A DNA stretch of 64,000 nt from an uncultured bacterium. Lineage in GTDB: Bacteria > Vulcanimicrobiota > Xenobia > Xenobiales > Xenobiaceae. The stretch spans positions 36,441 through 100,440 of the forward strand of contig CAKUDB010000001.1 of assembly GCA_934644775.1 (NCBI GenBank), read 5' to 3'. The notes beneath the pieces are model-generated. The model saw only the letters and a program-made list of their open reading frames with translations, searched no databases and was not told the DNA's origin. Of this stretch, positions 10,630 to 20,100 are shown piece by piece; position 1 is the stretch's first letter; every line of letters starts with the position of its first letter. Made by a program: the position numbers and the translations under genes.

Positions 10630-11382
10630 TTACTTAACTACGTAAGCTTTTTTAATCATAGTTGGCTGCTGGTTGGCCGGTAAGCTCTTTAAATAAGCTT
10701 CGCCATTATACCAAAGCATACCCTGATCGAGTCCCATGTCGGGGCTACCTACAGACTTAAACTGATCGGCCACTTCCATTCCTTTGACAACTTTACCAAA
10801 AGTGGTGAAATTCTGGGACTGGAGGAAGTCGTTATTGCCATAGTTGATAAACACTTGAGTGGAGTTGGTGTTGGGGCCGGCTTTAGCAAAAGCTAAAGTG
10901 CCACGCTCTAAGTGGAAGAGGCTGGGATCGTCGTTAAAGTTCTTTTCTTTCCAGTCGCTCATGCCTTTGCGCCAGTTGATACCGAATTGAGCTACGAAAG
11001 GCTGAGGATTCTTGACGACGCGGAAGATGGGAGTGTTGTTGTAATAGCCCATCTCTACCAATTCTACGAAGCGTTTGGCAGCATTGGGAGCAGCCTGGGG
11101 ATAAATTTCCATATCTACATCGCCGTCGCTAGTTTCGAAGCGAACTAAAGTATATTCGGTAATGGCTGGAGCATTGGAACCGAAGGGAGTGAGGGAACGA
11201 TACTGAGCTGACATGGGGCTCTCCTTTTCTTGGGGTTGGGACGGCTCTGAGGATAGGGCCGACTCACTCTGAGTTTGAGTAGTGGCTGGTTTTTCTGCGG
11301 CGGTTTCTTGCTTAGTGCAACCAAATTGCACACCGGCTAGCAATATAACGGCAACTAGTCCAGATACAACATATTTGTTCAT
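10630..11382 (-). CDS. Cyclophilin-type peptidyl-prolyl cis-trans isomerase, secreted/lipoprotein (divergent)
   Basis: Signal peptide MNKYVVSGLVAVILLAGVQFGC. The cyclophilin core motifs are present: FRVV (matches FHRV) and GTLAFAKAGPNTNSTQVFIN (matches GTLSMANAGPNTNGSQFFIT). Confidence 0.75.
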   Translation of the reverse strand: MNKYVVSGLVAVILLAGVQFGCTKQETAAEKPATTQTQSESALSSEPSQPQEKESPMSAQYRSLTPFGSNAPAITEYTLVRFETSDGDVDMEIYPQAAPNAAKRFVELVEMGYYNNTPIFRVVKNPQPFVAQFGINWRKGMSDWKEKNFNDDPSLFHLERGTLAFAKAGPNTNSTQVFINYGNNDFLQSQNFTTFGKVVKGMEVADQFKSVGSPDMGLDQGMLWYNGEAYLKSLPANQQPTMIKKAYVVK

Positions 11383-11437
11383 TTTTTTCTCCTAAAGAAG
11401 GGCCGCTATAAGAAAAGCTGGGCCCTTTAGTTGAAAT

Positions 11438-12208
11438 TTAATCTTGGATAATTTCAGCTTTAATAATCATAGTGGGCTGCTGATTAGCTGGAAGTTGCTT
11501 TAAATAGGCGTCTCCGTTAGTCGAAAGCATTTTCTGACTTAAGCCCATACTGGGATCGCCCACTTGCTTAAAATTATGGGCAATTTCTAAACCTTTGGTG
11601 ATAATACCGAAAGTAGAAAAAGTTTGCTCGCGCAAGAAATCGTTATTGCCATAATTGATAAACACTTGAGTAGAGTTGGTATTGGGGCCCGCTTTAGCAA
11701 AAGCCAAAGTGCCGTCTTCTAAGTGGAAGAGGCTGGGATCGTCGTTGAATTTCTTTTCGTTCCATTGGCGCTGGCCGTCTCTCCAGTTGATACCAAACTG
11801 AGCTACAAAAGGACGAGGAGTATTAACTACGCGGAAGATAGGCGTATTGTCGTAGTAGCCAGCTTTCACTAATTCGATAAAGCGCCCAGCGGCGTTAGGG
11901 GCAGCCTGAGGATAAATTTCCATCTCGATATTGCCCGCGCTAGTGGTAAAGCGTACTTTTACTACTTCGGTAAGGGCTGGAGCGTTGTCATAAAAGGGCT
12001 TAAGATGCCTATATTTGGAAACTACTTCCGGTTTCTTGGAGCTCTCTTTTACTTGGTCGCTCTTACTTTTAACGGCCACAATCTTTTGTTGGGCAATTGT
12101 TGCCCTGCTTGTGGAGGGGCTCTCTTGGGCCCAAGCCGAAGCTTGGCCAAAAGCTCCGCCAATTAAAGCTAACGAAACGATAAGGCTTTTTCTAAAGAAT
12201 TTGTTCAT
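11438..12208 (-). CDS. Cyclophilin-type peptidyl-prolyl cis-trans isomerase, secreted (paralog of upstream gene)
   Basis: The same GTLAFAKAGPNTNSTQVFINYGNNDFL core is present. I trimmed the start to the internal ATG at 12208, which gives a signal peptide MNKFFRKSLIVSLALIGGAFGQASA. The ORF-track start at 12292 would add 28 non-signal residues. Confidence 0.75.
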   Translation of the reverse strand: MNKFFRKSLIVSLALIGGAFGQASAWAQESPSTSRATIAQQKIVAVKSKSDQVKESSKKPEVVSKYRHLKPFYDNAPALTEVVKVRFTTSAGNIEMEIYPQAAPNAAGRFIELVKAGYYDNTPIFRVVNTPRPFVAQFGINWRDGQRQWNEKKFNDDPSLFHLEDGTLAFAKAGPNTNSTQVFINYGNNDFLREQTFSTFGIITKGLEIAHNFKQVGDPSMGLSQKMLSTNGDAYLKQLPANQQPTMIIKAEIIQD

Positions 12209-12245
12209 CTTATTTTGGTAGGCCGTTCCTTTCTTAGGTAGGTTG

Positions 12246-12905
12246 TTAGGGAGAACCGGGTACGTTTTGGGCTGGAGGCAAAGCCCAAGCATCTTTTATA
12301 TGGGACATATCATTGAAGGAAAGCAAAGTTGGAAAATCGTCGTGGTAACGCAAGCGAACTACTCCAGTATTGCCCAATTCCATAGACCATTGGTAGCGCC
12401 CTTGAGGTGGGCCGACAATCTCCCAAAGTATAGTTCGGATAATTCCACCGTGGCTAAAAGCTATCACACGCCCTTCTTGTGGTAAATCGCGTCTCCAAGC
12501 TTCGGCTCGGTTGGCCACATCTTGCAAAGACTCCTCGGATCCAGGGAAGCGAGTATTATAAGGATCTTTCCACCAAGTAGTGACTTGGTTTTGCTCGTCC
12601 AGGCTAAGTTCATCCCAGGTTCGTCCTTCTACAATGCCCATAGGTATCTCTCGCAAACGCTTATCTAAACGGATCTTTTGTGGATCCCAATGGGGAAGGG
12701 CTAAGCGAGCCGTCTCGATACAGCGGTGTAAATCCGAACTCCAAACCTGAGTGAAGGGGACGTCTTTTAAATTGTCGGCCAAAGCTCTGGCCTGACTCTT
12801 CCCTAATTCGTTGAGAGGAACGTCGCTATTACCTTGCCAGCGTTTTACCTTATTCCAATCGGTATTGCCGTGGCGAACTAGCCAAATTTCTAACATGGCC
12901 GCCAT
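12246..12905 (-). CDS. Histidine phosphatase superfamily protein (phosphoglycerate mutase-like, branch 1)
   Basis: N-terminal RHGNTDWN catalytic motif (RHG) is present. Later His in ...SHGGIIR. Confidence 0.75.
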   Translation of the reverse strand: MAAMLEIWLVRHGNTDWNKVKRWQGNSDVPLNELGKSQARALADNLKDVPFTQVWSSDLHRCIETARLALPHWDPQKIRLDKRLREIPMGIVEGRTWDELSLDEQNQVTTWWKDPYNTRFPGSEESLQDVANRAEAWRRDLPQEGRVIAFSHGGIIRTILWEIVGPPQGRYQWSMELGNTGVVRLRYHDDFPTLLSFNDMSHIKDAWALPPAQNVPGSP

Positions 12906-12946
12906 TTTTGCTCCTTGGCTAAGTCAATCCTGCCTTCTTAGCTTTT

Positions 12947-13459
12947 TTGCTATTTTTAGTCTTTGTTTATCTTTTTATCATCTTTTACTTATTTATTTTC
13001 TCTATAAATTTGGAACAAGCTCAGGCTAAAGCTGAAACTGCTGCGGCCGAAATTAACGCTATTACCAAAGATTGCAACCAGAGCTGGGCTTTAGATTGTC
13101 AATCTCAACCTTGGTGCGCCGCTTTTGCTACTGGCATCTTGGCTAAAAATGGCGTTATGGACTTTAGCAATTGCTCTAATGTAAACTATACTCCCACTTT
13201 GGTTGAGTGGTCTAAGAGCGAAGGTACTTGGAGCCAAGCTGGAGGCGATTATGAACCTCAATCTGGCGATATGATTATGTTCGACTGGGACAACACTCGC
13301 TCTGGTGCCGATCATGTAGGTATTGTAGTTAGCTACGATAATTCTACTGGAGTTGTCACTACTGTTGAAGGTAACAGCGGCTCTCCTGGAGCTGTCAGAG
13401 TAAAAACTTATGATCGTAACCAAGCTTGCGTAATGGGGTATATATCTCCCAACAAATAA
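12947..13459 (+). pseudogene. Orphan CHAP-domain gene fragment (C-terminal 135 aa homologous to the CHAP domains of the three downstream paralogs, closest to paralog 3); N-terminal 20 codons derive from a poly-T tract and are probably not coding
   Basis: Homology begins at AAAEINAITKDCNQSWALDCQSQPWCAAF. It runs through GDMIMFDWDNTRSGADHVGIV...TVEGNS...GYISPNK. There is no upstream GH73 or coiled-coil sequence and no RBS. A possible in-frame TTG lies at about 13010. Confidence 0.45.
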
Positions 13460-13547
13460 AGAGCAAGTAAAGCTCTGATATATGTTAAGCTTATCTTATA
13501 AGCAGCCTTCTACACTAGGAAGGTTGCTTATTTTTTTTATTTGCAAT

Positions 13548-13607
13548 GTAAAATAAATGTTAACATGGGTTTTTCCCTCTAGATAGAATGGAAATAGCCC
13601 TTGATAA
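13548..13607 (+). promoter_or_regulatory. Conserved promoter-like module copy 1: GTAAAATAAATGTTAA-N16-TAGATA ... CTTGATAA
   Basis: The same module occurs about 90-125 nt upstream of all three paralog start codons. It reads TGTTAA-N16-TAGATA, a sigma70-like -10 with a weak -35 and an A/T-rich upstream tract. Confidence 0.45.
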
Positions 13608-13692
13608 GCTAATTGACAATAGACAGAACGGACAATCGGAGGCCAGGGGCCCAGTTGTTTTTTTTGTGATAGGTTAGGAGAAGAATTATTGC

Positions 13693-16600
13693 ATGTCATT
13701 AGATAAGATTTCCAGCTTTTTAGGTATATCGGGTATTTCTGCTACCACCTCCAGCGCTGCTGCGCCTAGCAATAGTAGTTTAGGTTTTGCTACTAACGAT
13801 TCTATTTCTTTATCTGGCTCTGAAGCTATCAACGCTTTCGGATCGCTTAGTGTTGCTTCCTTAGACGATGAAGCTGCCGCTACTCAAAGTGTCGAAGGTG
13901 CCGAAGCGGCTGCTGCTCGAGCTACCCAAGCTGGTGTTAAAGCTGAAGAAGCTGCCGACAAAACTGTCAAGGCCAATGCCGACGATGAAAAGGCTCAGGC
14001 TAAAGCTAATTTAACTGGCGAAGAAGCCCGAGCCCAGGAGGCTGCCCAAGCTGAAAAGGCAGCCACTCAAGTTAAAACCCAAACTGAAGCTGCCGAGCAA
14101 GCCAAAACGGCTGCTGCTGCCAACGCCAATGTCGATGAGGCCAACACCGATTTAGAAAAAGCCCAGGCTGAGTTAGAAAAAGTTATCAACGAAGGCGACC
14201 AAGAGGGCAAAGAGGCCAACACGGCTGAAACTTTGGGCACTTTAGAGGCCGAAATGGAGCAGCTTAAAAAAGAGCAAGAGAAGAAGGCCCAAGAGCGCGA
14301 AGCCTTAGAGCAAAAACAAGCCCAATTAGTGGAAGATTTAGCCGAAGCCCAAGCCGACGGCGATCAAGAAAAAGTTAAACAACTTAGCCAAGAGCTGGAT
14401 CAAGTTAATCAGCAACTGAGCGCTTCTCAAGACGATCTTAGTTCTTTGCAAAATCGCATTTCCAATTTAGGTGATACTATCGACTCTACTCGCAACCAAC
14501 TCGATCAAGAAAATGCTGCCAAAGCCCAGAATCAGCAAGACAAAGTAAATAGCGCCCAGAGCGCTCAGCAAAACGCCGCTTCTAATGTCGAGCAAGCCCA
14601 AGCCCAGGCTACTTCGGCCAACGAGCAATCCCAAGCTGTTCAGCAAGCGGCTAGCCAGGCTGGCCAGGCTGCTACCGAGGCTAATGCGGCTGCCCAAGCT
14701 TCCCAGAGCGACGCTGCCAAAGCTGCTTCCGAAGCTCAAGACTCTAAGTCTAAGGCCGAGCAAGCTAAAGCCGACATGGAACAGCTTAAGTCTCAAGCTA
14801 CCCAAGCTCGCCAAGAAGCTACCACTAAAGCTGCCGAAGCTAATAAGGCCGATTCTGAAGTATCTCAGGCCCGGTCGGCTTTAGAAGCGGCCAAGGCAGC
14901 TAAAAAAATTATCGAAGATAAAGATGGCAATACCCAGCAAGTGCCAGACGAAGAAGCTATCGCTTCGGCCCAGTCGGCCTTAGACTCTGCCCAAGCTAAA
15001 GCCGAGGCCGCCCACAGCGCCGCCGATCAAGCTGAAAATAAAGCTGCTCAGTTAGAGAACCAGCTCGAGGCCGCCGAAGGTAAGTCGGAGCAAGCCCAAA
15101 ACCAAGCCACTCAGGCTAGCCAAGCTTCCGATCAGGCTGAAACTAAAGCTACCGACGAAGCTAGTAAAGCCGATCAAGCCCAAACTGAGGCTACCGAAGC
15201 TGATAACCAAGCCCAAGATGCGGCTGGCCAGGTTAATAGCGCCGATCAGAAAGCGGCTAAAGCTGGAGACACTGCCAACCAAATTGACGATAAGGCCCAA
15301 AAGGCTAAAGACGGCGTAGAGGCTGTGGAAGCGGCCAACGCTGCCGACCAAGCCGCCGCCGACAGTGCCCAAGATACGGCTGATCAGGCTAAAGACGACG
15401 CCGAGCAAACTAAAGACGGTCAAGCTGCCGCTACCGACGGAGTTAAAGACGCCTCTAAAGATGGTGCTAAAGACGGTGCCAAGATCGATCCCGAGAAGTT
15501 GCCCGACGGTGTCAAGATCGACAAGAATGGTAAGATGGTCGACTCTCAAGGCCATCAAGTTAATGCCGAAGGTAAGCGCGTCGACGAAAATGGCAAGGTC
15601 ATGAGCGAAGAAGAGATCGCGGCTGCCGATAAAGCTAAGGCCGAAGAAGCCAAATCTAAAGAAAGCTCTGGTGAAGCTGCCGACAATAAGAGCGACTTCG
15701 AAAAAGCTACCGGCACTAGCAACGAAGATTTGCAAAAGCTGATCAACCAACTCGGCCAGCAAATCGCCAACCAAGGGGCGGCTCAACAGGCTGCGGGTAA
15801 TAACGGCGGCTCCGGTGGTGGCGGCAACTATGGCGGCGGTAATTCTGGCGGCGGCAACTATGGTGGCGGTGGTACCGGCAGCGTAGGTGGCAGCGGCGGC
15901 AGCGGCTCAGTCGCTTCGGCTGGCCAGGCTGGCTCGGTTGGCAAAGTAGCCCTTAGCGATCAAAACGAGCAAGCTATGGCTAAAGCTATCGACAGCTTTT
16001 TGGCTGAGCAAGGCTCGGATGCTCCCGAAGGTACTGGCGCTCTCTTTGTCAAGGCTGGTAAAGAAAATGATGTCGATCCTCTCATTTTGGTCTCTATTGC
16101 CGGCCAAGAAACCCAGTGGGGCAAGACGGGTATCGGCATCAACGGTTGGATGGGCGTAGGCGCTTACGACTCCGATCCTAACAATGCCACCCGCAACTCT
16201 AAGTTCTCCGGCGTAGAGAATCAAATCAATGTCGGTGCCCGAACCTTCCACAACTTGCGTGAAAAGGGCGGAGCCTCTTCAGCCGATTCTATCGCTGCCC
16301 AGACTTCGGCAGTTAATAAAGCCGGCTGGGCTACCGACCAAAATTGGCATAACGGCGTCACCAGCATCTACCAAAATAAGGTAGCTCCTTATGTGCAAGC
16401 CAAGATGGAAGAAATAAAGGCTTCTTCTCCTAGTGGTGGCCCAGGTATCGATGCTGCTATAAATGAGGCTCTCTCTATGGAAGGTATGACTGAAGGTGGC
16501 AACGCTGCTCAGATCAATGCCATTACCAAAGATTGCAATAAGAGCTGGGCTCTCGATTGTCAGCAATATCCTTGGTGCGCTGCTTTTGCTACCGGTATTT

Positions 16601-16914
16601 TGGCTAAGAATGGCGTAGAAGACTTCTCCGGTTGCGACAACGTCAACTATACTCCCACTTTGGTCAATTGGTCGCAAGGCAAAGGCACTTGGAACCACGC
16701 CAGTGGCGATTATTCACCTAAGAAGGGCGATATGATCTTCTTCGATTGGGACGGATCCCGTACCAGCCCCGATCACGTAGGCTTAGTAGTTAATTACGAT
16801 TCCAACAGCGGCACCATTACTACCGTTGAAGGTAATAGTAGCAACTCTGTAAGAGTTAAAACTTACAACCGCAACGACTCTTGCGTATTAGGCTATACGT
16901 CTATTGGCGACTAG
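13693..16914 (+). CDS. Coiled-coil / Gly-rich linker / GH73 N-acetylglucosaminidase / CHAP amidase-peptidase multidomain peptidoglycan hydrolase, paralog 1 (1073 aa)
   Basis: RBS aggagaag sits upstream. Residues 60-640 are A/Q/E/K-rich heptad coiled coil. A GGSGGGGNYGGG linker follows. The GH73 motifs are AGQETQWGKTG (matches ESGWG) and WATDQNW (matches YATDxxY). The CHAP motifs are YPWCAAFATGIL (Cys), GDMIFFDWDGSRTSPDHVGLVV (His) and TVEGNS. No N-terminal signal peptide. Confidence 0.85.
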   Translation: MSLDKISSFLGISGISATTSSAAAPSNSSLGFATNDSISLSGSEAINAFGSLSVASLDDEAAATQSVEGAEAAAARATQAGVKAEEAADKTVKANADDEKAQAKANLTGEEARAQEAAQAEKAATQVKTQTEAAEQAKTAAAANANVDEANTDLEKAQAELEKVINEGDQEGKEANTAETLGTLEAEMEQLKKEQEKKAQEREALEQKQAQLVEDLAEAQADGDQEKVKQLSQELDQVNQQLSASQDDLSSLQNRISNLGDTIDSTRNQLDQENAAKAQNQQDKVNSAQSAQQNAASNVEQAQAQATSANEQSQAVQQAASQAGQAATEANAAAQASQSDAAKAASEAQDSKSKAEQAKADMEQLKSQATQARQEATTKAAEANKADSEVSQARSALEAAKAAKKIIEDKDGNTQQVPDEEAIASAQSALDSAQAKAEAAHSAADQAENKAAQLENQLEAAEGKSEQAQNQATQASQASDQAETKATDEASKADQAQTEATEADNQAQDAAGQVNSADQKAAKAGDTANQIDDKAQKAKDGVEAVEAANAADQAAADSAQDTADQAKDDAEQTKDGQAAATDGVKDASKDGAKDGAKIDPEKLPDGVKIDKNGKMVDSQGHQVNAEGKRVDENGKVMSEEEIAAADKAKAEEAKSKESSGEAADNKSDFEKATGTSNEDLQKLINQLGQQIANQGAAQQAAGNNGGSGGGGNYGGGNSGGGNYGGGGTGSVGGSGGSGSVASAGQAGSVGKVALSDQNEQAMAKAIDSFLAEQGSDAPEGTGALFVKAGKENDVDPLILVSIAGQETQWGKTGIGINGWMGVGAYDSDPNNATRNSKFSGVENQINVGARTFHNLREKGGASSADSIAAQTSAVNKAGWATDQNWHNGVTSIYQNKVAPYVQAKMEEIKASSPSGGPGIDAAINEALSMEGMTEGGNAAQINAITKDCNKSWALDCQQYPWCAAFATGILAKNGVEDFSGCDNVNYTPTLVNWSQGKGTWNHASGDYSPKKGDMIFFDWDGSRTSPDHVGLVVNYDSNSGTITTVEGNSSNSVRVKTYNRNDSCVLGYTSIGD

Positions 16915-16946
16915 TAAAATAGAGGCTTAATATAAGTCCTCCTAAA

Positions 16947-17000
16947 AGCTCTCCTTAACGGTCAAATTAAACGACTTGGCCGGGCGGGGGAGCTTTTTTT
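16947..17000 (+). terminator. Terminator-like hairpin plus T7 downstream of paralog 1
   Basis: agctctcc-N30-gggggagc-ttttttt lies inside the 131-bp 3' flank. That flank is identical after paralogs 1 and 2. Confidence 0.45.
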
Positions 17001-17036
17001 GTCCAGTTAGTTAAAGATTAGTTAAATAAGTTTAGT

Positions 17037-17096
17037 GTAAAATAAATGTTAAAACCATTTTTTAATTCTAGATAAAGATGGGAACATAATTGATAA
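17037..17096 (+). promoter_or_regulatory. Conserved promoter-like module copy 2: GTAAAATAAATGTTAA-N16-TAGATA ... ATTGATAA
   Basis: Same spacing as copy 1. It lies 98 nt upstream of the paralog 2 ATG. Confidence 0.45.
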
Positions 17097-17172
17097 TGGG
17101 AGTAATACGAGTAGGAAGGGTGCCGCTAGGTGCCGCCTTTTTTCGTTTACAGAAAGTTAGGAGAGTTACTGA

Positions 17173-20100
17173 ATGTCATTAGATAAGATCTCTAGCTTCT
17201 TAGGTATATCGGGTATTTCTGCTACCACCTCCAGCGCTGCTGCGCCTAGCAATAGTAGTTTAGGTTTTGCTACTAACGATTCTATTTCTTTATCTGGCTC
17301 TGAAGCTATCAACGCTTTCGGATCGCTTAGTGTTGCTTCCTTAGACGATGAAGCTGCCGCTACTCAAAGTGTCGAAGGTGCCGAAGCGGCTGCTGCTCGA
17401 GCTACCCAAGCTGGTGTTAAAGCTGAAGAAGCTGCCGACAAAACTGTCAAGGCCAATGCCGACGATGAAAAGGCTCAGGCTAAAGCTAATTTAACTGGCG
17501 AAGAAGCCCGAGCCCAGGAGGCTGCCCAAGCTGAAAAGGCAGCCACTCAAGTTAAAACCCAAACTGAAGCTGCCGAGCAAGCCAAAACGGCTGCTGCTGC
17601 CAACGCCAATGTCGATGAGGCCAACACCGATTTAGAAAAAGCCCAGGCTGAGTTAGAAAAAGTTATCAACGAAGGCGACCAAGAGGGCAAAGAGGCCAAC
17701 ACGGCTGAAACTTTGGGCACTTTAGAGGCCGAAATGGAGCAGCTTAAAAAAGAGCAAGAGAAGAAGGCCCAAGAGCGCGAAGCCTTAGAGCAAAAACAAG
17801 CCCAATTAGTGGAAGATTTAGCCGAAGCCCAAGCCGACGGCGATCAAGAAAAAGTTAAACAACTTAGCCAAGAGCTGGATCAAGTTAATCAGCAACTGAG
17901 CGCTTCTCAAGACGATCTTAGTTCTTTGCAAAATCGCATTTCCAATTTAGGTGATACTATCGACTCTACTCGCAACCAACTCGATCAAGAAAATGCTGCC
18001 AAAGCCCAGAATCAGCAAGACAAAGTAAATAGCGCCCAGAGCGCTCAGCAAAACGCCGCTTCTAATGTCGAGCAAGCCCAAGCCCAGGCTACTTCGGCCA
18101 ACGAGCAATCCCAAGCTGTTCAGCAAGCGGCTAGCCAGGCTGGCCAGGCTGCTACCGAGGCTAATGCGGCTGCCCAAGCTTCCCAGAGCGACGCTGCCAA
18201 AGCTGCTTCCGAAGCTCAAGACTCTAAGTCTAAGGCCGAGCAAGCTAAAGCCGACATGGAACAGCTTAAGTCTCAAGCTACCCAAGCTCGCCAAGAAGCT
18301 ACCACTAAAGCTGCCGAAGCTAATAAGGCCGATTCTGAAGTATCTCAGGCCCGGTCGGCTTTAGAAGCGGCCAAGGCAGCTAAAAAAATTATCGAAGATA
18401 AAGATGGCAATACCCAGCAAGTGCCAGACGAAGAAGCTATCGCTTCGGCCCAGTCGGCCTTAGACTCTGCCCAAGCTAAAGCCGAGGCCGCCCACAGCGC
18501 CGCCGATCAAGCTGAAAATAAAGCTGCTCAGTTAGAGAACCAGCTCGAGGCCGCCGAAGGTAAGTCGGAGCAAGCCCAAAACCAAGCCACTCAGGCTAGC
18601 CAAGCTTCCGATCAGGCTGAAACTAAAGCTACCGACGAAGCTAGTAAAGCCGATCAAGCCCAAACTGAGGCTACCGAAGCTGATAACCAAGCCCAAGATG
18701 CGGCTGGCCAGGTTAATAGCGCCGATCAGAAAGCGGCTAAAGCTGGAGACACTGCCAACCAAATTGACGATAAGGCCCAAAAGGCTAAAGACGGCGTAGA
18801 GGCTGTGGAAGCGGCCAACGCTGCCGACCAAGCCGCCGCCGACAGTGCCCAAGATACGGCTGATCAGGCTAAAGACGACGCCGAGCAAACTAAAGACGGT
18901 CAAGCTGCCGCTACCGACGGAGTTAAAGACGCCTCTAAAGATGGTGCTAAAGACGGTGCCAAGATCGATCCCGAGAAGTTGCCCGACGGCGTCTTTGTGG
19001 ATAAGAACGGTACCCTTTACAGTGAAGATGGTAAGAAGCTTCCCGAGGGCAGCACCCTCAACGAAGATGGCAAGTTAGTTAATGGCGAGGGTAAGCTCAT
19101 CGACAATAAGGGTAACCTGATCAACGAAGATGGGCAGCGCATTGGGGCCGACGGCAAGGTCATGAGTGAAGAAGAAATTGCTGCTGCCGACAAAGCCAAG
19201 GCCGACGAAGCTCAAGCTAGTGAAGCTAAAGCCAACGAGAGTGGTGCCAAGGCTGCCGACAATAAGAGCGACTTCGAAAAAGCTACCGGCATTAGCAACG
19301 AAGATTTGCAAAAGCAGATCGACCAACTCGGCCAGCAAATCGCTGCTCAACAGGCTGCAGCTGAAAATGGCGGCGGTGGCGGCGGCAACTATGGCAGCGG
19401 AGGCGGCGGCGTAGGTGGCGTCGGTGGTTCCGGTGGCGCTGGCCAAGTCGCTTCCGGAGCTTCAGTTAAGAGGAGTAGCGCCGCTGGCGATCTCGATCTT
19501 TCTAAGTGCTCCGACGAAGATATTGCTAAAGCTATAGATGGCTTCTTAGTCGAAAAAGGCTCGCCAGCTCCTGCCGGTACTGGGGATCTCTTCGTTGAAG
19601 CGGGTAAGAAATACGACGTCGATCCTTTGGTCTTACTCTCTATTGCTGGTCAGGAGACTCGCTGGGGTACCGCCGCAGGAAGCGTAGGTATCAACGGCTG
19701 GATGGGCGTAGGGGCCTACGACTCCGATCCTAATAACTCTACTCGCAATCCCATATTCAGAGGTGTAGAGAAGCAAATCTTTATGGGTGGCAAAACCTTT
19801 GCCAAATTGCGCGGGACGGGTGGATCTTCCTCTGATGCCTCTATTGCCGATCAGGCTGCAGCTGTCAATAAAGCCGGCTGGGCTACCGATCAGAATTGGC
19901 ACGATGGCGTAACTAAGATCTACCATGATCAAGTTGTTCCTTACATGTTGGAAAACTTGCCCGGTGCCGAGCTTAAGGGCAACAAGGGCATTGAAGGGGC
20001 CCTCGACGAGGCCCTCTCTATGGAAGGTATGACTGAAGGTGGCAACGCTGCTCAGATCAATGCCATTACCAAAGATTACAATAAGAGCTGGGCTCTCGAT

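Noticed and set aside
11383-11437. Hairpin aagggcc-N16-ggccctt between the two cyclophilin genes as a terminator
   Set aside because: On the transcribed (minus) strand it is not followed by a U-run, and it sits directly on the downstream gene's RBS. It is more likely a translational or structural element or coincidental.
13496-13699. 67-aa minus-strand ORF overlapping the paralog 1 promoter module
   Set aside because: It lies across the conserved upstream element. It has no RBS and no conserved features, and the paralog 2 and 3 upstream regions lack an equivalent ORF.
14467-15786. Long antisense ORFs (115-244 aa) opposite the coiled-coil genes. Examples are 14467-14814, 15052-15786, 18532-18903, 19075-19446, 21324-21896 and 22410-23333 on the minus strand, plus the + frame K/L/P-rich ORFs 14585-14884 and 18065-18364.
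   Set aside because: Low-complexity GCN/AAG-rich coding sequence generates open frames in other registers. The products are Leu/Ser/Gly low-complexity with no start context, and identical copies simply mirror the gene duplication.
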